A DNA stretch of 51,293 nt, the filler included, from Circinaria calcarea (Eukaryota): the NCBI GenBank assembly GCA_051942165.1. It is 3 parts of 3 records of this genome, joined end to end, with 100 filler letters (N's around TTAATTAATTAA, not from the genome) between each part and the next. Parts side by side here need not be neighbours in the genome. Positions count along the whole stretch, not along the records: positions 34,267 to 51,293 come from JAVECS010000290.1; 2 more parts are not named here. One strand, given 5' to 3'. The position numbers and the translations under genes are program-made. Every line of letters starts with the position of its first letter. Position 1 is the first letter of the stretch. Below the pieces are notes generated by a model. It saw nothing but the letters and a program-made list of their open reading frames with translations. It was not told the DNA's origin and ran no database searches. Shown in pieces: positions 37,910-50,697 of the stretch.

Positions 37910-38369
37910 TGTCCAGTCTTCCTACTCATCAATCGCATCCATGGACGCAGGCATAAACAGAGGTGAAAGGTCCTATTGTCGTGGATTATCTCCGCTTTGG
38001 GGAAACGCGTTTTGAAGCGAGACGTGATTTATGACGCGATAAAATCCTACCCCTGTCAAAGCCGTAGGTTCAATCCATAAGGATTCTCCTTCTTCCCCTC
38101 CCGTGTCTTTCTCACCTTTACAGTACAGTGATTTTGAACAGCCTTACTTAGCGTACTTCACTGGATACGGTTTTTAACCGTACACATTGTACGACTAATC
38201 GAGAGAATTAATCCAAGTGATCCACGTAATCTAGTTTCCCTCTCTCAGCGTTGTCATTCGGGAAGTAACATGTCTCGGGCAAAAGCGACATGATATCTAG
38301 CATCAAAACTACAAAGAACAGCCTAGTCGTTCACTCTCAATTCTGCTAGCCTCTTTACAATACACCTGA

Positions 38370-40470
38370 TCAGACCTCCCTCTCCCCGGTCCCAAACCCC
38401 TTTCCCTCTCCAAACTCCTGGGCTGATCCTAAGCCTCCGACTTCCAACCCTTCTTCCTCTATCGCCTGTGCTTGCTCCTCGCTTAAGTTGTCCCCATCAA
38501 TTGTAATCTTCGGTCCGGTAAACCACTTCCTCGCATCTAAATAATAGTAGGCCAAGGCGCCACCCCACACAGCCATGTTGATGACGACCGTGTAGTTCAT
38601 TGTTTCCGGTGTAGGGTTGGGGCCTCCAACAGGAAACATGGAAAGAATGATGCCGAAGACGAGGAACGCGATTGCTGTCCACGCGATGGGGATGGAGAGC
38701 CTGTCACCCGTGTAAAATGGGCCTGGCTTGAATTTTCTCTGACCCCAGACCACTCGTGCAAAGATAGGCATTACCCACGCAAGGTTGTTGCCAGCAACTG
38801 CTAGACTAAACAGCGCTTGTGCAGCGGCAGGAGCGATGAGGCTCAAGAGACCCAAGATAGCTCCGAGGAACACACAGCCCCAGATAGTTCGAAGAGGAAT
38901 AAATCCAAATCGCTCGGAGATGGGACGAAAGAATTTGGAGAACGGGAGGGCGCCATCACGAGAGAAAGCCCATGTCTGGCGAGAAGCGGCCACCAGGATA
39001 GAAATACCCATTAGGAACTGCACTATCATGAGGAGAGACATGAGGAAGAGGGTGCCTTGTTTTCCAACGGCATCATAGTAGATCTGATAAAGGATTAGTT
39101 GTCATTACGTAATATTAGAGTTGGAGCATCTCAAAACTAATCGCGAAAACACACCTGAGCCATCGGTTGACCAAAGGGGCTTTCTAGAATGGATGATAGA
39201 TCGGTGCTCATACAAGCTGCAATCACAATCACCAAAATGAAACCGAAAAGCCAGCAAGATCCGATCGACATAAGGATGCCGTATGGAACCGCTTTTGTGG
39301 CATTAGCTGCTTCCTCGCTCATGTGGACGCAGCTGTCAAATCCTCCGATTGTCCAGATCGGGCTCAACCATGCAAGCATGAACGCCCACCCCGCAGGCCA
39401 GGTAGTGAGATTTTCGACATGGCCGAAGATATATGGACCATCATTTCGACGGGAAGCCTTGCCAACTGGAAGGGCAATAATGGTAGCAAAAATGAGAATA
39501 AAGTTCATAACCACGAAGACTGTCTGGAGCTTTCCCATAATCTTGGACATTGTTGAAGCCAGAATGCCGTGGCAGACGACACAAGCAAGAAAAACAGCAT
39601 AAATGATTCCGTTAGTGGGAGCCCAATTACCATCACGAGCGATAACGATGACGGAGAGAAACATCAAGGAGAACCCGTCTGTGAACACGTTAGTTTGTTG
39701 ATTGTCTGCGAAACATTCAATTGGTAGTGACTGGGCATCCTTCTCCATATTTCACTTGCCACGTGTACCAGGACGCCGCGATCATGAGAGCGGAACTCAT
39801 GGTGCATATACGATCTCTGAAGTACTCACAGTCAATTGAAACAAGACCGCCAACAAGACCCAAAGTATTACTGTACCCGACCAAAAAGCACAGTGGATTG
39901 CGTGTGGCCGGAGATGCGAAGAAGTGTGTCCACCAATACAGACCACCTATAAATTGGTCCAGATGTGTCAAGGATCTCGCTATAATAGTAGCATACCTGA
40001 CGTTGGCATAGCGGAGCCGAGGTCGGCCTAGGCGTCCTCAGTGAACTTTCAAAGTCGTGTCCCACCAAACGCTTACCATCGCCAATCCAACAATGAAAAT
40101 GAAGCCGCTAGCCAAAAACCAGCCCTAAACACGTTTGAGCCGGGGCATCCATATCAAGCTTTGTTTCTCGGCTGACCCAAACCAAACCGACGGGTCCTGC
40201 AGGAATTGAGTATGCCAACGTAGAGGCAATTGATGGCAAAAGTCCCATGATACTGAAAGCGATACCAAAGACCTCGATCAAGCTGAAGTTGCGGCGTAGT
40301 TCCTGCTTGTAACCGAGCTTGGCTGTTGCAGAAGTCAGTCAATGGAGATATGCAGTCCATAATCCGAGCATACCTAAGACAGCGGCGTCATCTACACTGG
40401 CCAGCGCTGGAGCAGAAGCTGTTGAGGCCTTCCGAGCATGCGGCTGAGAGGTATCTCCCTGCGAAGACAT
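38370..40470 (-). CDS. APC amino-acid permease, GABA permease (Uga4/GabA)-like
   Basis: AKLGYKQELRRNFS, DLGSAMPTS|GGLYWWTH, WTIGGFDSCVHMSEEA, SRQTWAFSRDGALPFS, FKPGPF, MNYTVV, ARKWFTGP; multi-exon, ATG at 40470. Confidence 0.88.
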
Positions 40471-41576
40471 ATCTACAATCGCCGACGACCAAGCAACACG
40501 CTGTGTAGGATGAAATTCAAGTCAAGTCTGAAGATCAAAACATAAGACGGTAATAAGAAACAACTGGGTATGGCGACGCAAACATAGGTTAGATAAAGCC
40601 CCAAACAGCCTCGGTATGAGCCACACGTACGGCAGAGGCATGTCTAATGAACCTGGTTGTGTGCGATAAGGATTGGATTGATCGGTGATGGACGGCAAGG
40701 CTCCACACCGCCAAGTAGGTGGGATGATATTTGATTAGCGGAGAGAAGTAGGCTATTAAGATACAGTTGGTGGAGAAAGATAAGAAAGTCTGTCCGTCCA
40801 TTTCCTTGATTGGCGTCGAGGAGAATTCAAGGCCAATCAATGACAATGGTAGAAGCAAGCCCTACCTGTGCGAAAAGAAGTAGAAATAGATTTCCAATGC
40901 AATCGGATAAAGCAGGCCACGGTCTGTGTAATCTAACCAGACATCGTCGTCTCCAAAATAAAATTTCCGTCATTGAGTACTCTCGTCCCAAGAATTGCCA
41001 ATAGTCGATGGCGATATAGATTGTCAACTAGTCCTTGCCTTCGACTTTGAAAAGCTACACCCTGTTGCCGATGAAAAGGTAATTGGGCAAGGGAGATGTT
41101 TGGGATCTCTGTGATGGAGACTCCAAAGTCTTGTGCTCCTCATGATACATTTATCATCCAAAAAAGCTGCCCAATTCATCCGTAGTTTCGCCATCAGATC
41201 ACGCGTCAGCGTCATGTTCGTGAGCGGCTTCAACAATGTACAGTGAAGGGCGAAAGTGTAGGCGCTTTTTGAGAGAGCGCTACATGTAAGACGATAATTC
41301 ATTGATACAGCCTATTAATAATATACTCCCGATAATCCAATCGGATCCCCGCCCAGAGGGTAAAATATTCATCGCTTAAGATAGTGTTTACTAGCAATTT
41401 ATTATGAGCGAGATACCAAAACCGAATTATCCGTCTCTCTTTCGGAACAGGCACACCATTACTTCATGTCAACATGGAAAGCCCTGGACTAGGTAGTCTG
41501 TCAGCATGATCGGCGATTCGGAGAATCCAATTACCTCTGACTGGTCTTTTGTGTATGATTTAACTCCCGCATCAAA

Positions 41577-42152
41577 ATGCAGCGCCGTATGGTAGGTATG
41601 GTACAAATATCTAATCGGACTTGACTTACACCAAATTTATTAGCTATCCAAAGAAGACGAGGCTGCGGTGACCACCGATGAGAACGAAGTTCGGCGTGAA
41701 GACCAGGATAAGATCAATCGATTCAGCAGACTCCACCAACGCGAGATGCTACTAGAGGAGGAGTTGAAGACCAAAGCGGTCAGTTACAGAGGGCCGACGT
41801 CGTCCGTTGTGCTAATAATCGAGATGTTACAGAAGGACAAGGAGGATTTGGATGAAGTGTCCAACGAACTCGAATTAGCCGATGAAGATGATAAGATACC
41901 GCAGGTCCCCTCCTACAGTCAATGTCGAGATTACAAAGTGGCTAAATTAGACCTCATAGCTACAAGATAGGAGACTCATTTGTCTCGTTACCGCTGCCGG
42001 AGGTACAAGAAATGCTTGCCTCCTCGACCGCGAAGATCGAAGAAGCCGTCTTGGCTGTGGAAGAGAAGTTGAGCGGCGTCCGAGAAGAGATGCAAGAGCT
42101 GAAGGTTGCACTTTATGCTCGCTTCGGGAGATCTATCAATCTGGAAACCTGA
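41577..42152 (+). CDS. GIM3: Prefoldin subunit 4
   Basis: MQRRM|LSKEDE...EVRREDQDKINRFSRL...KEDLDEVSNELELADED..P|YKIGDSF...LKVALYARFGRSINLET*; three introns. Confidence 0.93.
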
Positions 42153-42789
42153 ATGAGTAGGATGTGTTCCGGCTCTTGCGGCCTGGGATCTAGTCTTGGC
42201 GCTGGCGTAGGTCTATCTCCGGTCCTAAGGTATGTGTAAGAATCCAAAAGGAGGGGGGATTTAGACATATCGGTTGATGGAGGATGTGATCCCATTTTGT
42301 CGTGGCTGAGGATACTGCTTATAGGCAGAGACATGACATAGGGGGACATAGACAAGACAGAATGCATTGTTTCGGAGCGTATAGGTATCTTACGCATTCT
42401 TTAGAAAGGGTTGATTGCTCATGAGTAAACCCTGCCTCCCCACAGTAAGATACCTTAATCAGCAAACGGCTCTCCCACCATCCACGAAAGGTGTCAGGGT
42501 GGAGATAAGCTTTGACCCGGTCTAGCGCGGCCAGTTCTCGGTTGCGTCATTGCCTGTGGACCAAACCGTTACCTACTCAGCCACTAAGAAGATACAATGT
42601 AGACATACGTCGTGGAGCCGTCATAACCGTTTTGATCTGCCGTTCAATCATTAGTTCTCCTGCAGGCCGATCAATGCCTGACAGGCACACTTTGCAGCAA
42701 CATGGGACACCCCAACGCTCTGACTCAGGCCCAACTGTTTTCATATCTCTCCTGCGAATCTCAATGTCCAATTTACTACCTGCAGCAAG

Positions 42790-44701
42790 ATGACCTGCTT
42801 GATATCTTCCAAGGAGACTGTGGACAGTTCAAATCGAAGTGGAGACAGTGGGGCAGTTGATAAGGAAGGGGGCTTGAGTGGTATGTCTCCAGGCTACTTC
42901 GTCCGCTACGATGTTTGATTTAGAATAGGTCATTTTGCTGTTTATGGAGCGCAAAGAGAACCCGTGAAAGCCGAGAAGGAGAATCTCAACCAGATGTCAA
43001 CCCGCGAGACTACAGTCAAATCTCCTACTGTGAACGGCGGAGAGAAAATAACAATTTCCTTCACTGGTCACGAAGACCTTGAGAATCCATTCAACTGGTC
43101 CAGGGTACGAATAGCATCCCCGGTTCCGTTGATGAAAGTCGGTTGACATTCGACAGGGCAAGAAAATCTGGGTTGTTATAGTAGGAATCATTGCGGTCAT
43201 CAATAGCACCTGGAACTCTGCTCTTCCCAGCGGTGCTACAGAACCCCTCGCCAAATATTTCAATATATCAAGTCAAGAGCAGCTGGTGCTCCCAATATCT
43301 CTCTATCTGGTCGGCTATGCCTCCGGGCCTTTACTCTTTGGGCCATTGAGTGAACAAATTGGCCGAAGGGTTATCATGATCTCGACCTTCTCGATGTTCA
43401 CCATCTTCACCCTGGCTTGTGCTCTGGCTCCCAATTGGCCCTCCCTTTTGGTTTTCCGCTGGATAGTTGGCGTATTCGCTAGTAGTTCGATTACAATCGT
43501 GGGAGGTTTGTATGCTGATGTGTACGACGATCCAGTCACTAGAGGGAGAGCCATGGCAATTTTCATGGCTGTAATATACCCTTGATCGTACTGAAGTATT
43601 CGTTTCTGACTGACTTCTTGGGCTCAGGCTACCACTTTTGGTCCTCAGCTGGCTCCGTGCGTCTCTGGCTTTGTCTCAGTTGTTAGTTGGAGGTGGTCGT
43701 TCTGGGTCGGCTTCATCGTTGCTGGATTATCAATGGTCGGGCTGCTTCTGTTACCAGAGACATATGGGCCTGTAATCCTTAAGAAGCGAGCTCGTATGTT
43801 GAGGGAAAAGACAGGCAATAACAATATTCTTGCGCCAATCGAACTGGAGAAAACCGGGGTCAGGGAGATATTGACAAAAATTCTGGCGAGACCATTCCAA
43901 ATGTTCTTCTTCGAGGCAATTGTCTTATTAACATGCCTATATTTATCGCTAGCATGTATGTATAACCCCTGTCACAAGATTGCAATGGCGCTAATGCGTG
44001 GCATAGATGCTATTTTCTATATGTATTTTGATTTTTACCCACTTATCTTCCAAGGCATCTATTCAATGGATGCTGGCGAAGCTGGCGTAGCTTTCTTTCC
44101 GATCGCGGTAGGCGCATGCTTTGCTTGTGGAATCTTTCTTTACTACGATACTATACTTCAGAAAGCCCAAAAAAAGAACACTTCTTGGTCTTCTATTGAG
44201 GAGTATCGTCGTCTGCCATTAGCATGTTTGGGAGGCCCTCTGATCGTTGTATCTCTGTTCTGGCTCGGGTGGACTGCTTCACCACGAATTCACTGGATCG
44301 TACCAATGCTTGGTGGTATATTTTTCGGGGTAGGATACCTACTTATCTTCATGGCCTTATTGAATTACTTGACCGATGCTTATCGAGTCTTCGCCGCCAG
44401 CGCCATGGCAGCTGCGACTTGCTGCAGAAGTATTTTCGGCGCTGCTCTGCCTTTCGCTACAACGCCAATGTACAGCAAGTTAGGGATCGCCTGGGCAACC
44501 AGTTTACTCGGATTCTTAAGTCTAGGGATGACTATCGTGCCGTTTGGGTTTATTAAGTATGGGCCTAAGATCAGGGCAAATAGTAAATTCTGTCAACGCC
44601 TGGAAGCCGAGAGGAAGAAGGACTCTTCACAATGGGGAAACTGTTCTACGGATGTTACAACTTCACCAGCTGAAGGCTCTGGTAATTTGGAAAAAGGGTG
44701 A
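42790..44701 (+). CDS. MFS drug:H+ antiporter (DHA1 family)
   Basis: DLENPFNWS, GPLSEQIGRR, GGLYAD, WRWSFW, LPETYGPVIL, EYRRL, YLTDAY, AASAMAA; first exon from ATG 42790, intron 42881-42928. Confidence 0.9.
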
Positions 44702-47629
44702 AGAACTGTCAATGCCCCGAGTGCGTGTTAATTCGGCTGCTGGAAGTAATGAATCGCGGAGCACAGGTATGATTGTTAGAGCGCACAAATCAAATATAGA
44801 TATATTATAATAATGAGTATTGACGCTACTCTCCAAACCTATATCCTTATCTTCAAGCTTATCGTAGGTTTATTTCAAACTCAATAGGTTTCTTCAGAGC
44901 ACCGTTGATCGTCGATACGGTATATGCACCCGAGGGGACCTCCAATAAAGCTAAAGGTGTTCTGGTTTTAACCCCCTGAGTACAGACAAACTTGCATTCA
45001 AAATCTTATTCATATCTTGACAAATCTTGCTCTGAATATCAATAGTTCCCATATATATGAATAGTAGCGACATAGAAATCGGTTTTCGAAGAACGGCTAC
45101 TACTACTTGTACTCCATTGTTCTTCTCGTTTTATATATGAAGAATTGGATTTTTATGCAACTGCAAAGATGTATATCAGTTCTTCTCAGCATTCTCGTTT
45201 GAACTCTTTCCTGGGCTTCTAGATACTTCTGAGTTGTCTTATAAGCAACTCATGCACCCCCGGATTTTGAGCGGTTACAAAAGGATATGGAAGCTTATAG
45301 GATGCTTCAGAACCTAAATTCCCCGTCGACACGTATCTCATATACTCACCGCAGTACGCTAAAGAAACTGAGAAGGTAGCAATCCCGGCAAAGAACGAGT
45401 GGATTCTGGGAAAAAGTAACGAGAACGAAGGACAACGAGGTATTGTCGAATTGGGCGAAATCGGAAATGTGAATCCCAATAAGGAGGTTCATCCCTTCTT
45501 CAATAAGAAAGCTGCGTGCCTCGAAGTTCTTAGGAAACACCATCCTATAAAAGTCGGAAAAACCCTCCGAACATCCGCCTCCTAGAAATCCACCCTTTCG
45601 AGAACCCCCTCCATCTCATTCCTCATCGCCACTTTCCCAACGTCTTTCTACCCCTAGAACTATCCAGCTCTCGCAAAATCTAGGAGAAGTAGTGCTCTTG
45701 CGCGGTTTCCTATCGGCCGGCACGAGGGTTTTGAAGCTTATACGAGAGGCGTTTCCTCGCCGCTATCCTTCCATTTCCTTCGTGCACCGCTGGACTTCGA
45801 AGGAGCAATCGCAACAAAGCTGCAAGAGGAACACATGGACGAGTTCTACCAAGCTGAAAAAAAATCCCAAACGTGTCTCAGCTTACCTCTATCAATGCAC
45901 CCCGTTACATGCCGCCCAACATCTTGAGCGAGATCAATATGATGACCGAAGCAGATGAGAATGGAGACAAAGACATTGTAATGGAGCACGCCCAGAGTGC
46001 GATAGCGGCAGCGGAGTCAGAACGACAAGGATACCAGAATATTGTGAACAGTCTTAGCATGACTGTTTGTTGACTTCGAAAGTCACAAAGACGCGATGCT
46101 GTCTTCCAAGAAGAGGTCATTGTCTCCGGATCCAAGTCCAGAGGAGGCCAACTTAGGCACTGAAGCTCTTGATCTGAACGCTAGCAGAGAAGCACGCAAG
46201 GAGCTTCTTGGCAGAAACCTAGCCTAGAAAGATCTATTTCGAAAATGGTCGCATCCGGAAGAGTGTCGTAACAAGGTTTCGTGAAATTGGGGACTGAGCA
46301 ACCCCCTGTCGTTCATTCTCAAACGGAAGCCTTGGTAAGTAAGAGGTCCACTCAAACGTGAACGATACTCGCGTGATGCCGGAAAGCTTCCTTTAGGGAG
46401 AACAACCTGAAGCCCTTAGCTCCGTTACTAACGGTTCACAAATCAACCACCAGTGGTCCCGTCCCATATCTCCGCCCCCGGCTGTCGCAAAATGTTTTAA
46501 TATGTTCTACTAGACTCTCGGCTCATCTGAGACTACCTCGTTGGTATGTCCAAATGAAGAGTTTTCCACGGCAAAATAGAACGTGGCAGAGGAATATAAA
46601 TGGCAATGGATGGGTATCAAGACAGCGTGGTGGACAATACCAAATTCACCAGTCAGTTTTGTTAACAGTTTGCTGGCCTGACGCTCCGGACTACCATACT
46701 AAGATGGACTTGCTGTATGGCAAGACATCAAGAAGCAATTTCTTTATCGTATATTGTTATAGTTCCGCTTCAGGCTTATAACCCAACAATAAAGAACCTA
46801 CTTAAGCCGTGGATACTTACCTTGAATGGCTGCTCGCCGCACGTGGGCATGATTCCTAAACCAGAATTCACGATTCATATCGCCCCGTAGGACCAGCCTC
46901 TCCTCGTTGAAGCGGCAACGACAATCACAGCATTCAAGAAGCATATTCTTGCCGAACTTGAAGAAGTTGGTTTGTGAACCGATGGAGAAAATAGAATGGC
47001 TGCTTTCATAAATAATCATACGAAACCCCCTACAGTCAGGAGTGCTTCTGTTGAGCCTTACCGGCTGAAAGTGGGGGTGGGAAACTTGCTGCGGTTGATT
47101 GTATTTAAGTTCGAAGTCGATTCGCCCTAGTATCTTAATCGTGATGTGAGTTTCACAACAATGCCAATTACAGGATTGAGCGGTTATACTCCTTTCAATA
47201 TCGGAAGATCAAAAAGGGAGCAGTCAAGGACTTATTGATATGGACTGTTACTGAATCGTTTGCATCATTTCGTCATTTCTTCTTCTCGCAGTCGGACTGA
47301 GCTCCTTGGATCCGGATCTTGGAGGACCGGTGTCTTCAGTTCTGATGCCGCCAACCTGAGAGACGAGAACCAAGTCACAAGCAAGGCCAAGGCAGGTACC
47401 TCTATCAAAGAAGCTCGCAGGAAGCCATTCTTGCTTTCGGCTTCAGCTAGAAGCACCAACATCATAAACCTCACTCATACGTTTATGAGCTATCGTTCGA
47501 GCATAGGGTACCGTACTAGGACCCGCAGAAGCATCCCTCATCACCAACAATCAAGAATTCCACAAATTACGACGGAAAGACCAGATAATCCGATTTTTGG
47601 GGAACTAATACCCGGCTGGTAATTACCAC

Positions 47630-48780
47630 CACACAGGTTCTTTGATGCCATTTGGGAACTTTGAGTCCCAGAATGGTTTGTCGTGTAAACACGGATTACA
47701 TTAAATAATATATTAGAAGAAGAGGAGTCCGCGGAAGCGTTAACAGCAGATCGTACCAAGAATCAGATGATTAAAGGGGAACAGGCCGCACTTAATAATT
47801 AATATCACGCCGCGTTCACTAAAATACTCGGTCAGATGCCCGTCAATTTATCCGATATGATCACGACGAATATTCGACTACCGATCGATTCAAAAACGAA
47901 AGAGAAGTTATTGGATTCTCTTTATAAAAAAGCCCGGCTGTTATACCCGGCTGACGAATTCACTGGGGGGATGAGCGTTGCTGGATTCCGTAAATAATTT
48001 AAGGCGCTGTTAATCTAAAGGCCTTGGGTATTACTGAGGATTAGAGCACCGCCAAGATAATCGAATTCCTGTTAATATAAAGAAAATTCAACTCCGTCAG
48101 CACCTCACCCTTTAATTATACTATCGTTTACTAACATCTAGATCTTAACCCCTATATTCCGATACTAGGCAAGCTGGTTTTACATCCTCACCAGGTGCAA
48201 GGAGTCATTCAAATCCGGTTAATAGAGAAATCGAAAATTCGGGCGGCCTTACTGGCAGACAATATGAGGTTAGATAAAACAATCCAAACGCTGTCAGTGA
48301 TAAAAGTGGTTATTAAAGAAAGAAAAAAGCGTATATCCGTCGCAGATAGAAGGAAGGGTAAGATGCCTGCGGTTATTCTTAAGCCGACTCTCGTTATGTT
48401 CCCCCATACCGCGACCGGGGTATAAGTAAAGGAATTAAGTGAAAGTTTCCCTCAATTACGCGTCTACTTCTTTCAAGGCCACCCGAAAAAATATCCGGTT
48501 AAAGACCGGGAAAACACATTAGGCACGTCGGTTGAGGCCTAACAAACTTCTTATTAACAAGCCTCAATACAGGTCGCACCGTTGTGTTGACCACATATAA
48601 CACCTTTCATTCGAGAATACTGGACACCAGCCAGGTTCACCACGCGACGGCTAAGCCTAAGGAAACCCCTCAGGACGACGACAAAAAAAAGAGTTAGACG
48701 AGGCGACACTGACACTTATAGTTACCCTGATGAAGATTAAAGACGGATTTGAACAATTAATATATGCGGCAAACTTTGTA
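47630..48780 (+). pseudogene. Mutated SNF2-family helicase relic
   Basis: LHPHQVQGV (Q motif), LLADNMRLDKTIQ (motif I), KPTLVMFP (Ia), *VKELSESFPQLRVYFFQG, VVLTTY at 48581 in another frame; many stops. Boundaries approximate. Confidence 0.7.
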
Positions 48781-49715
48781 CCCGATTATTCAGCGCCTTA
48801 TCCACCCTACCATAACTCCCACGGGCATAGAATACGAAAACAGTCGAATCAGTGTTATAATGATTGGCTATCCATCTTCCGGAATCGCTACCATTATTGG
48901 AACCGTGAAATTTTTTGACCAGAAGAGCCTACGCAGAAACGGGCCCAGATCCCAATGGAAGAAAGGAGTTCCTATTTCGGGAGCACCGGAACTAGCCCTT
49001 TCTTTGACAGATTGTCCTTTAAGTCAACCTCGAAAACAAACGAGAAGTAAGATTATCCTCGTTTAATGGCCACAAGTTGGATGGGTGATGGAAATGTTCT
49101 TGAAAATGCTAGAATTATAAAAAATTCCTAATTATAATTCTGGATTAAGCCAGAAAGCAGCACTAATAGGTGATCGAAGATTTCAATCGAAAAGACTCTT
49201 CTATTTATATAGCGTTAGCTGTTGCCGCGCGGATCTGAACCTTGACTATCACTCTATGGTTCTTTTTCGAAGTTACGATCAATACTTGGGTTAAGAACCA
49301 AGGATACGGTTAATTCTATCGAATTGGACTTGCAAAACAGTACGTCCAAGGGTAGATAATCGAAGAGGAAACGGAACCGGGCAAGCACCTACGACGGAGA
49401 GGGGAGAGGAGGTGGAGTCTACGCATGGTGATGGGAACTTTCGACCGCCGAGGCTCCTCGTTGATTGACCTTCAAGGCAAAACCTTTTAAAAATAACGCC
49501 ACGCTGATTGCAAATCGAATATGATATCACGGAGGAGGTACTTAGCGTCGACGTTACTAATTATTATTTCCGCAAATCGAGTTCCAGCGAGTTAACTGAA
49601 TACCCTTAATGGTGTAGCTATTTTCACAGACAGTAAACTGAGTTTTAGAACATAAAGCTGTCTAGATATAGTAGGTTCGGACAATAAAGATTAAACACAG
49701 CTATGGGTATCATAG

Positions 49716-50351
49716 TTGCTATCAAAATACGGATGTTGCATACTGAAATCATGTGAAGGGTACACGCCTATGCCAGGAATCGATGAGGTCGATTTAGCTG
49801 CAAGACCTCCTAAGCACCTACACCAAAGAAGTTGGGTGAAAAGTACTTTCGCTGCCCTCACAGCAGCCGCACTACTGGCCGTTCCCTTAACAGCCGTACC
49901 GCAGTCGGATTCGGGCGCTGTGGAGAAGCCTACACCGCTATTACAGGAGACTGTGCTTAGCAACGGAACTACCGTACACGGATCCGCAGATATGGTTGCC
50001 AAGATTGAGAGCGTCGTTGACGCTTATCCTGACTTGTGGAAGGACCAAGGTTTTGTGAAGATCCCGGAGGAAAACTGGATGCGTATACCGCTGAAGTCTA
50101 ATTGGGAAGAAAGAGTCACTAGCAGAGCCAAGGTGTACCCTCTTAATATTAAGGATCGAACCGTTGTCGACTCCACCTTCAACGAGCTCCACGATCAAGG
50201 AAGGCTCAAATGGACCGACAAGTCCACTCCCTTTTCCTATCCTGTATTCGTGGTTTGGCGTACCTTGCCCAGCGGTAAGCGAAAAGGACGAGCAGTCGTG
50301 GACATACGTGAGTTGAACCAGATCACTCAGCCAGATAACAATGTGCAATGA
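49716..50351 (+). mobile_element. Ty3/Gypsy LTR-retrotransposon pol fragment (N-terminal part of RT)
   Basis: KVYPL...VVDSTFNELHDQGRL...TPFSYPVFVVW...KGRAVVDIRELN; stops before the YxDD region. Confidence 0.85.
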
Positions 50352-50697
50352 GCGGTAAACTGAGTCTCTCCTATTCAACTAAAGCATTCTAAAGCCCATG
50401 GCCATGCATAATTATGGCCTCAAATAGGGTCTTTGAAACAACCCCCCTCCCTTTCCTGACTTCTGTGCAGACAAGGGCGCCTCGCGAATGAACGTGAGTA
50501 ACTCGGTACCTGGCTGGACTCTTACTGTGTAGTTAAGCACGCGGTCATCAGGTTTGATGGAGACTGCACTCTAAGAGAATTAGCTACACACTCTTTCCTA
50601 AGACTAATACCCAAGTCACTTACACCCTGCCAAAGGATTGCCTTCTGAACCGCCATGAATATTGTAAACGCGATTCTTTGCCAGCATCCTTGCGGCT

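Noticed and set aside
40590..41340. HGATAR (AreA/Nit2) sites upstream of the permease
   Set aside because: About five sites, close to chance expectation for this length.
27121..44701. Secondary-metabolite cluster (adenylation enzyme, phosphotransferase, MFS)
   Set aside because: No backbone synthase or tailoring genes, and the MFS lies on a different contig.
1098..44810. Many short antisense or alternate-frame ORFs overlapping the genes called above
   Set aside because: Shadow ORFs of real coding sequence with no independent motifs.
46265..46280. GTCGTAACAAGGTTTC matches the 18S rRNA 3' end
   Set aside because: Only 16 nt; the flanks do not continue as rRNA.
45200..46300. Protein-like broken frames (45301-45585, 45873-46073)
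   Set aside because: No recognisable motif; probably decayed, but a call cannot be supported.
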